Positions 57,312 through 64,000 of a DNA stretch of 64,000 bases are shown in pieces. The stretch spans positions 6,897 to 70,896 of the forward strand of contig DAOKYU010000008.1 of NCBI GenBank assembly GCA_035325995.1, given 5' to 3'. Position numbers and translations under genes: made by a program. Each line of letters begins with the position of its first letter. Position 1 is the first letter of the stretch. The notes beneath the pieces are model-generated. The model saw nothing but the letters and a program-made list of their open reading frames with translations, did not search any database and was not told the DNA's origin. This DNA comes from Thermodesulfobacteriota bacterium (GTDB lineage: Bacteria; Desulfobacterota_D; UBA1144; Nemesobacterales; UBA2774).

Positions 57312-58310
57312 CTACCTTATAAACCCGCCGAACTCGTATATGAACGTGGCCTTTATGTTAAGGACCTCGAGCGAGCCCCACGCTTCGGGGAAGGGGGCGA
57401 AAGGCGACGCCGCCCTTATGGCCCGCATCGCCTCCTGGTCGAGCCGCGCGTATCCCGAGGATCTCAAGAGCTCTATATTTGCCAGCTCCCCGTTCCTCTT
57501 TATGGTGAAGACGAGGTACAACTGGCCCTGCTCCCCGCGTATGCGCGATTCCTGCGGGTATCCCCAGACGCCCTCTATCTGCCTCTTCAGCTTGGCGAAG
57601 TAAGAGATGTACTTATACTCCGTCGTGCTGAGCTCGACGGTATCCTCTCTCTTGTTGACGTCTCTCGCGCCCAGGTAGTCCTGCGTGTTCCTCGATTCCT
57701 GGGGAAACGTGCTCGGAACGCCGCTGAAAAGGTCCTCCCTCGTTATCTCCGAGGGGTCCTTCGTCGGCGTCTTTTCCCGCGCCGGTTCCTTCGTGGTGGT
57801 TTCTTTCTTGAGCTCTTCACGCGGGAGCGCCGCCAGCGCATCCTTTCTCATCTGCTCCTCTTTCTCTACCTGCTTCTTCACTTCCTCGCGCTTGGCGACC
57901 TTGGCTTCGGGCTTCTTTTCCGGCTTCTTTTCGACGGGTTTTTCTTTCTTTACCTGGGGCTTCGGCTGTGGTGCGGGGGGGACGGCCGGCACAGGCTGCG
58001 CCGGTACGGACGGGGCTCTCTTCGTAAACTTGTCGCGCGTCTTTTCTTCGGGCGCGTCGTGAGACCTCTCCGCGAGACGCTTCGTCTCCTTGGGAGGCTT
58101 CGTCTCCTTTTCTTTCGGGACCGGTATATCGGTTATTTCGATGTATTCAGGCTGCTTTTTTTCTTCCTTGGCGACCTTCGGAGCCAAATCCAGCTGGTGG
58201 ATGACAAAAAATATGAGTAAAAGCAGGTGAAACAGGACGGAGCCGATAATAAAAGGCAGGAGATCGCCCTTTTTCTTCCGCCGCTTGTGCCTTATGTGTA
58301 TCTGCCTCAC
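57312..58310 (-). CDS. tonB: energy transducer TonB family protein
   Basis: N-terminal TM anchor, long Pro/Lys/Glu-rich spacer, and a C-terminal TonB_C domain (YPQESRIRGEQGQLYLVFTIKRNGELANIELLRSSG). Confidence 0.75.
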   Translation of the reverse strand: MRQIHIRHKRRKKKGDLLPFIIGSVLFHLLLLIFFVIHQLDLAPKVAKEEKKQPEYIEITDIPVPKEKETKPPKETKRLAERSHDAPEEKTRDKFTKRAPSVPAQPVPAVPPAPQPKPQVKKEKPVEKKPEKKPEAKVAKREEVKKQVEKEEQMRKDALAALPREELKKETTTKEPAREKTPTKDPSEITREDLFSGVPSTFPQESRNTQDYLGARDVNKREDTVELSTTEYKYISYFAKLKRQIEGVWGYPQESRIRGEQGQLYLVFTIKRNGELANIELLRSSGYARLDQEAMRAIRAASPFAPFPEAWGSLEVLNIKATFIYEFGGFIR

Positions 58311-58353
58311 GGATTATAATGATACCACTGGGTATTCCCCGATTCTATTGTCC

Positions 58354-59181
58354 TCAGGGCTCTTTTTCACTAAAGTTGACAATCAGCTTTAATATCGCGG
58401 AGTTCCATCCACGGGGCCCCGGGGCGTCCGCGACGGCCATCCCGGTGATGCTGACCCTCTCGTCGTATCCCCCGTCCGGCTTCCGGACGAGAATCGGTAT
58501 GTCCACCGTCTTCAGCATCGGGAGGTCGTTCAGGCTGTCCCCGATTCCTACGGTCTCGACGACGCCCCATTCCTTCACGTACAGCCCCTTCAGTATGGAA
58601 ACGGCCTTCCCCTTGTCGCTTTGCCCCAGTATGTGATGGAATCTCCCGCCCTGCGTATGCCTGAGCCCGCGTTTTTCGATTTCGCGGATGACGGTCTCCT
58701 CCGCCTCGCTGCCCCCGCCGACGACGAACGGCTCCCCGTATTCCCGCTCCCTGACGAGTCCGGCGTCCTCTTTGCCGAGCCCCGTGAGCTTCACCACTTC
58801 CTCGACGCCCATATCCGAGACGCCCCTTATCTCCATGCCGGTCCCGCGGCGTATATCCCCGAGCGCCCGGGCGAGCTCCGCGTGCGGGGTCCCGAGCTCG
58901 ATTACGAGATACCCGTCTTCCTTCCTGTCGTATACGAAATCCCCGCCGAAATATCCCTCGGGGACGAATATGGCGCCGCCGTTCTCGGAAATGAACGGGT
59001 CGTCGTTCCCCGCAAGCCGCCTCCACTTCTCTATCTCGGCCCTGGTCTTGCTCGTAGTGAATACGACGGGGATGTTCTCCGATTCGAGCGCCGCCAATGC
59101 CTCCCGGGCGGGCTCGAACGAGTACGTATCGTGGTCGAGCAGCGTTCCGTCGAGGTCCGTGAACAGGACGAGCCTAGGCAT
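58354..59181 (-). CDS. HAD-IIB phosphatase, mannosyl-/glucosyl-3-phosphoglycerate phosphatase-like
   Basis: MPRLVLFTDLDGTLLDHDTYSFEPAREAL...VFTTSKTRAE...GIGDSLNDLPML are the HAD-IIB (YedP/MPGP) motifs. Overlaps the upstream glycosyltransferase by 8 nt. Confidence 0.75.
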   Translation of the reverse strand: MPRLVLFTDLDGTLLDHDTYSFEPAREALAALESENIPVVFTTSKTRAEIEKWRRLAGNDDPFISENGGAIFVPEGYFGGDFVYDRKEDGYLVIELGTPHAELARALGDIRRGTGMEIRGVSDMGVEEVVKLTGLGKEDAGLVREREYGEPFVVGGGSEAEETVIREIEKRGLRHTQGGRFHHILGQSDKGKAVSILKGLYVKEWGVVETVGIGDSLNDLPMLKTVDIPILVRKPDGGYDERVSITGMAVADAPGPRGWNSAILKLIVNFSEKEP

Positions 59182-60382
59182 TGTCCTTCTCTACGGCGTC
59201 CTTAAGCTGATCGAGTATGTCGGGAATTGCCGAAGTGACCCTGCTCCAGTTCGGGATGAGCGGCGAGCCCAGCGGGTCTTCGAGGAACTGATGGCTCGCG
59301 ATCCTTATCCCCTTGGCGAACGTCTCCACGGCGAGCCCCTCGTCGTGCCTGTCGAAGAAAAGGCCGTTTATGGCTGCGTCGTCCTCGTACATCTTTATAG
59401 TGTCCTGCGCGATCTTAAGATAAGTGACGAGAAGCGTGTTGAATATGTTGTCCGAGAATACGACCCCCTCGGACGAAAGCGTCCTGAAGAGCGACTGCGA
59501 TATGTCTGCGCACATCTTGAGGAGCCCCCCCTTCTGGTCGTCGGGCGAGACTTCCTGGTGCTTGTGGTCGTAATTGTCCGCAAGGTCCACCTGGCACACC
59601 CTCTTTAAGGAAACGTTCCTGAACACCTCCGCGAGCGAGCCCACTTCGAGCCCCCAGTCGGCCGGGATCCTGTTCACCCTCACGAGGTCCGTCCTCATCG
59701 AGAACTCCCCGGCCAGCGGATACCTGAAGCTGTCCAGGTATTCCAGGAACGGCAGGTGCCCGAATATCTTTTTAAGCGCCCTCACGACGGGGGATATAAA
59801 AAGCCGGGTCACCCTTCCGAACATCCTGTCCGTAACCCTCGAATAGTAGCCCTTACAGAACTCGTAATCCATGTTCGGGTTCGCGAGCGGGTAACAGAGC
59901 CTCGCCAGAAGCTCGCGCGAATACGTCAGGATGTCGCAGTCGTGAAGGGCTATCACCTCGCTCTTCTCGCCGGCGAGGACGTATCCGTACGCTATCCACG
60001 CGGCCCTTCCTTTTCCGGGGTCGCCCGCATGAAGACGGTTCTCTTTCAGGAGATTGAATACGGACGTCATCCTCTCCCCGTCGTCCCATATTATCTTGTA
60101 GTTCTGGGGCAGGATCGAAAAATAATCCTGCGCGTGCCTGAACTCGGCCTCGTTCGCCCTTCCGAGCGTTATGACTATTTCGTTCAGGTATTTAACGTCC
60201 TTGAGCTTCTTCAATATGTCCTTGAGAGCTTTTCTCTTGAGCTCCGAGTAAAGGCACGGGAGGACGAGCGCGACGGGCCGCGTCTCGCAAAACTCTTCGA
60301 GCTCCTCTTCGAGCTGTGAAACGTTGTTCCTGTTAAGCCTGTGAAGTGTCGAAATCCTTTCCGATTGATAAAAGTCACTCAT
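59174..60382 (-). CDS. mannosyl-/glucosyl-3-phosphoglycerate synthase-like glycosyltransferase (GT55-like)
   Basis: 402 aa. Blocks collinear with MpgS: GKGRAAWIAYGYVL..EVIALHDCD (DxD), YSRVTDRMFGRVTRLFISPVV, YPLAGEFSMRTDLV...GLEVGSLAEV, QVDLADNYDHKHQ. Confidence 0.6.
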   Translation of the reverse strand: MSDFYQSERISTLHRLNRNNVSQLEEELEEFCETRPVALVLPCLYSELKRKALKDILKKLKDVKYLNEIVITLGRANEAEFRHAQDYFSILPQNYKIIWDDGERMTSVFNLLKENRLHAGDPGKGRAAWIAYGYVLAGEKSEVIALHDCDILTYSRELLARLCYPLANPNMDYEFCKGYYSRVTDRMFGRVTRLFISPVVRALKKIFGHLPFLEYLDSFRYPLAGEFSMRTDLVRVNRIPADWGLEVGSLAEVFRNVSLKRVCQVDLADNYDHKHQEVSPDDQKGGLLKMCADISQSLFRTLSSEGVVFSDNIFNTLLVTYLKIAQDTIKMYEDDAAINGLFFDRHDEGLAVETFAKGIRIASHQFLEDPLGSPLIPNWSRVTSAIPDILDQLKDAVEKDNA

Positions 60383-60493
60383 TCTAGTTGCCTCCGGACG
60401 TAGAAGGATAACATATACGTTATGGCCACCGTAACTTTTTCAGTGTTTCGGCCGAAATGGGGAGAATTAAAATTCCCGCACGGCGGGGGTTTG

Positions 60494-61075
60494 TCAAAAT
60501 AAATATTTGACGCCGACGAGTCCGAGAACGAGAAGAACGAAGAAAAGTGTAACCAGTAAATTGAAATACTTGTCTATAAATGATTTTATGCCGGAGCCGA
60601 AGAAGTATATAAGCCCCGCTTCGAGAAAGAACCTCGCCGACCTCCCTATAACCGAGGCCGCTATCAGGGCAGCGAGGCTTATCTGGAACACCCCTGCGGT
60701 AACCGTAAAAACCTTGTACGGAATTGGAGTAACCGCCGCGGTAAGTACGGCGATAAAGGCGTTATTCTCATACTGCGTCCCGACGAGCTCGAACACCTCG
60801 CGGCTGAAAACGTATGCAAAGAAGAAATCGTCGACGAGCTCCCATATCGCCCATCCTATGAGATAACCGAATATGCCTCCCAGGACGGACATCGCCGAGC
60901 ATATGGCGGCGTACCTGAAAGACCTCTCGGGCTTCCCCATGCAAAGGGCCATGAGCAGAGGATCCGGCGGAACCGGAAAAATCGAAGACTCGACGAACGA
61001 TACCAGGGACAGCGCCGGCACCCCGTACCTCGTATCCGCCCACGCCAGCACCCAGTCGTATATCCTTCTTATCAT
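60494..61075 (-). CDS. DedA/YqaA-family (SNARE-associated) membrane protein
   Basis: 193 aa, 4-5 TM helices, resembling YqaA/COG1238. Confidence 0.6.
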   Translation of the reverse strand: MIRRIYDWVLAWADTRYGVPALSLVSFVESSIFPVPPDPLLMALCMGKPERSFRYAAICSAMSVLGGIFGYLIGWAIWELVDDFFFAYVFSREVFELVGTQYENNAFIAVLTAAVTPIPYKVFTVTAGVFQISLAALIAASVIGRSARFFLEAGLIYFFGSGIKSFIDKYFNLLVTLFFVLLVLGLVGVKYLF

Positions 61076-61077
61076 GC

Positions 61078-61851
61078 TCAGGGCCTTTCGGGCAGGTCCC
61101 CCCTCAATTTGTCCAGAAATCCGTAATCCGTAAGGTCGAGGCTTATGGGGGTCACCGACACGTATCCGCTCTTGACGGCCGTTATGTCCGAGTTCTCTAT
61201 GTCTACCGACCCGAGCTCGTACCCGCCGATCCAGTAATACTTCTTCCCGCGCGGGTCCACCTTCTCCACTATCGGCTCGCCGTAGATCCGCTTTCCCTGT
61301 CTCGTCACGAGCACGCCCCTTATGTCGCCCTGCGGCATGTGCGGCACGTTCACGTTAAGTATCGTCGCCGGCGGAAGCTTCGAGCGGAGAACGTACTCCG
61401 CTATGAGCTTCGAATAATAGGCCGCCGCCTCGAAATTAAAGTCCACCTTCGTCGCGAGCGAAACGGCAATAGACGGCACACCCAGGAGCGCACCCTCCAT
61501 CGCTGCGCTCACGGTCCCCGAATACGTTATGTCGTCCCCCAGGTTCTCGCCCTTGTTTATCCCCGAGACGACGATATCGATTTTGCGGTCCTTGAGTATT
61601 CCGTTAACGGCGATGTTGATACAATCCGTCGGCGTCCCGTCCACTGTATAAACGTTGTCCGATATACGTTCTATCCTGAGCGGCCGGTAAAGGCTCAGCG
61701 AATGGCTCACGGCGCTCTGGTCCCTGTCCGGAGCGACCACGAACACCTCGCCCAGGTCCTTTAAAGTCTCGTGCAGCTTGTGAAGTCCTTCCGAATTTAT
61801 TCCGTCGTCGTTAGATATAAGTATAGTGGGCGGCATGGCTGTTTCCGGCAA
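61078..61851 (-). CDS. surE: 5'/3'-nucleotidase SurE
   Basis: ILISNDDGINSEGL...VVAPDRDQSAVSHSLSL...SGINKGENLGDDITYSGTVSAA is the SurE signature. Confidence 0.92.
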   Translation of the reverse strand: MPETAMPPTILISNDDGINSEGLHKLHETLKDLGEVFVVAPDRDQSAVSHSLSLYRPLRIERISDNVYTVDGTPTDCINIAVNGILKDRKIDIVVSGINKGENLGDDITYSGTVSAAMEGALLGVPSIAVSLATKVDFNFEAAAYYSKLIAEYVLRSKLPPATILNVNVPHMPQGDIRGVLVTRQGKRIYGEPIVEKVDPRGKKYYWIGGYELGSVDIENSDITAVKSGYVSVTPISLDLTDYGFLDKLRGDLPERP

Positions 61852-61944
61852 AGGCTCGGCCTAAAGCAATAGAAAATACACAATTACCCTCACGGGGCAA
61901 GTGCCGTGCGCGTAAATACTTTAACTCTCACTGAAAATATATCG

Positions 61945-62021
61945 TGGTCGGGGTGGCCGGAATCGAACCGGCGACCCTCGGCACCCCATGCCGATGCGCT
62001 ACCAAGCTGCGCTACACCCCG
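61945..62021 (-). tRNA. tRNA-Pro (anticodon GGG)
   Basis: 77-nt cloverleaf read on the minus strand: acceptor CGGGGTG/CACCCCG, D-arm GCGC-AGCTTGGTA-GCGC, anticodon arm TCGGC-AT GGG GT-GCCGA, T-arm GCCGG-TTCGATT-CCGGC, discriminator A, encoded CCA. Confidence 0.85.
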
Positions 62022-62067
62022 CCTGATTAAACTGGATAGCCTGAGTTATAAAGGGGAAAACGAAACT

Positions 62068-62412
62068 TCATCCAAGATTCTGCTTTATGGACTTCAGCTC
62101 GCCCAGGATCTCATGCAGCAGAACGTTGACCTTCGTGCTGACCCGTTTCTGGCTGGCCTCTTCCTTGAGCTTTTTCTTCGCCCCGGCTATGGTGAAGTTC
62201 TGATCGTAAAGCATATTCTTGATCTTTATGATCGTGTGAATAGCTTCCCTGTCGTATAGCCTCTGGGACTTTCTCCTGATAGGCGCGATCTCCTCGAACT
62301 CGCTCTCCCAGTACCTGAGCACGTAGGGTTTTATTCCCGTGAAATCGCTCACTTCACCTATCCGGAAGTATATTTTATCCGGAAGACTGACTTCCGCCCT
62401 GTTCTGAAGCAT
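62068..62412 (-). CDS. MerR-family transcriptional regulator (short)
   Basis: N-terminal winged HTH (YFRIGEVSDFTGIKPYVLRYWESEF) and a C-terminal coiled coil. I prefer the start at 62412 (MLQNRAEV...) over the longer ORF to 62448. Confidence 0.6.
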   Translation of the reverse strand: MLQNRAEVSLPDKIYFRIGEVSDFTGIKPYVLRYWESEFEEIAPIRRKSQRLYDREAIHTIIKIKNMLYDQNFTIAGAKKKLKEEASQKRVSTKVNVLLHEILGELKSIKQNLG

Positions 62413-62500
62413 AATGTAAAAATTAGACCACTTTATTATAAATGTCAAGTAAAGTTTATGAATTCCCTGAAGTCTTGAAAGCCCCCGCAGCCGCGTTTTT

Positions 62501-63874
62501 TCAGCTTTGGCTTACGCTCGTAAACCTCGCTCGCGACTGACTTAATTCGCTCTCCTGGGCATGGGCGAAGCCGCCTATCGCAAAGAGCGCCCTCTCGGCC
62601 ACGGCCCCCTTCCTCTCCGCCTTCCGCACCTTCCCCGGAAGGGCCGGGAAGAGTCCGAAATTGATGTTCATGGGCTGGAATTTCTTAATGCCCGCATCTG
62701 TTATGTAACCGAGGAGCGACCCTATCGCCGTCTCCCTCGGCGGCACGGTCGGCTCTCTCCCCGAAGCGAGCCTCGCGGCGTTTATCCCCGCTATTATTCC
62801 CATGGCTGCCGATTCCGCATACCCCTCGACGCCGACGATCTGCCCCGCGAAAAACAGCATGGGGTCCGTCTTCGTCTGGAGCGTCGGCCGGAGAAGCGCG
62901 GGCGAATTAATATATGTGTTCCTGTGAACGCTCCCGTATCTCATGAACTCTGCGTTCTCGAGCCCGGGGATCATCCTGAATATGCGCCTCTGCTCGGGAT
63001 ACCTGAGCTTCGTCTGAAACCCGACGATGTTGAACATCGTCCCCTCCGGGTTCTCGGCCCGGAGCTGAATCACGGCAAAGGGCGTCTTCCCCGTCCGGGG
63101 GTCCTTAAGGCCGACGGGCTTTGCGGGCCCGAATCTCAGCGTATCGATTCCCCTCTCGACAATAACCTCGACGGGAAGGCAGCTCTCGAAATATATCCCC
63201 TTCTCGAAGTCCCTGGTCTCTATCTTCTCCGCGTTCGCAAGCTCCCGGACGAGCCTGTAATACTCCTCGCTGTCCAGGGGGCAGTTTAGATAATCCCCCT
63301 CTTCGGTCTCCCCGTCCTCGTAGCGGGACGCCCTGAAGACCTTCGTGTAGTCTATCGACTCCGCGTCCACGATGGGCGATATCGCGTCGTAAAAATAAAG
63401 GTCCGGCCCTTCCGACATCCCCCTTATTCTTTCCGAAAGGGCCTCCGACGTTAGCGGTCCCGTGGCAATAATATGCGGCCGCGTGAGATGCCCGGGTATC
63501 TCGGTGAATTCCTCCCTCACGAGCTCTATGAGCGGCTCCGCTTCTATCCTCTCCGTTATATATTCGGCAAACCTGACCCTGTCCACGGCAAGCGCCTTCC
63601 CCGCCGGGACGCGCGTCCTGTCGGCCGCCTCTATGACGAGAGAGCCGAGCCTCCTCATCTCCTCCTTCAGTATGCCGCTCGCGTTCTCCATTGAATCCGA
63701 CTTGAGGGAATTGCTGCACACCAGCTCCCCGAGGTCCCCGGTGCTGTGCGCGGGCGACATCGTCCCCGGTCTCATCTCGTAGAGCCTGACGCCGATCCCG
63801 GCCTTCGCGGCCTGGTTCGCGGCCTCCACCCCGGCGAGCCCGCCGCCGGCTATAACGATCTTCGCTTCGGACAT
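62501..63874 (-). CDS. trmFO: methylenetetrahydrofolate--tRNA-(uracil-5-)-methyltransferase
   Basis: FAD motif [14 protein letters not shown] and full-length (457 aa) collinearity with TrmFO/Gid. Confidence 0.92.
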   Translation of the reverse strand: MSEAKIVIAGGGLAGVEAANQAAKAGIGVRLYEMRPGTMSPAHSTGDLGELVCSNSLKSDSMENASGILKEEMRRLGSLVIEAADRTRVPAGKALAVDRVRFAEYITERIEAEPLIELVREEFTEIPGHLTRPHIIATGPLTSEALSERIRGMSEGPDLYFYDAISPIVDAESIDYTKVFRASRYEDGETEEGDYLNCPLDSEEYYRLVRELANAEKIETRDFEKGIYFESCLPVEVIVERGIDTLRFGPAKPVGLKDPRTGKTPFAVIQLRAENPEGTMFNIVGFQTKLRYPEQRRIFRMIPGLENAEFMRYGSVHRNTYINSPALLRPTLQTKTDPMLFFAGQIVGVEGYAESAAMGIIAGINAARLASGREPTVPPRETAIGSLLGYITDAGIKKFQPMNINFGLFPALPGKVRKAERKGAVAERALFAIGGFAHAQESELSQSRARFTSVSQS

Positions 63875-64000
63875 GGCGTTTATTCTACCTGACCCGGATC
63901 GGCCTCATCACGGGCTATTCTCTATCGCCGCCGGCATTAAAAGGCCCTGTTTAAAATTTGTCCATCCCCCTCCCAAAAGCGCCTTGTGCTCGGTTGAAAC

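Noticed and set aside
61852-62067. tRNA-Pro as a possible integration site for a mobile element
   Set aside because: Flanking genes are housekeeping (surE, MerR-like regulator, trmFO). No integrase, direct repeat of the tRNA 3' end, or compositional shift was seen.

Overview
High-GC (about 60-65% by eye) bacterial chromosomal segment, dense with housekeeping genes on both strands. I recognise about 50 protein genes, one tRNA-Pro(GGG), two convincing bidirectional intrinsic terminators and several sigma70-like promoters. Recognisable blocks: ribBA-ribH-nusB-trpD-trpC (tightly coupled), an RND efflux operon (outer-membrane factor, adaptor, permease), Ogg, a 7xLysM lytic transglycosylase, pfk, a rhomboid protease, queG, a 1279-aa TamB-like protein, etfBA, murI, radA, a beta-carbonic anhydrase, htpG, a MoxR-like AAA+/VWA pair, purU, acpH, an FKBP, a polyhydroxyalkanoate (PHA) locus, prfA, zapB-zapA-5-FCL-rny, ppdK, glyQS, purM, tonB, a mannosyl/glucosyl-3-phosphoglycerate synthase-phosphatase pair, surE and trmFO. 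I see no transposase, integrase, CRISPR array or rRNA. Most worth a second look: (i) a codon-usage-atypical AT-rich small membrane-protein gene welded onto the AAA+/VWA pair; (ii) a KdsC-like HAD protein with its catalytic residues substituted; (iii) tandem diverged PhaE/PhaR-like genes, one with an internal duplication; (iv) a 5-FCL gene with no canonical start other than an ATG 140 nt inside zapA; (v) an 8-bp perfect inverted repeat next to a near-consensus promoter at the PHA locus. Everything is from reading the sequence; no searches were run.
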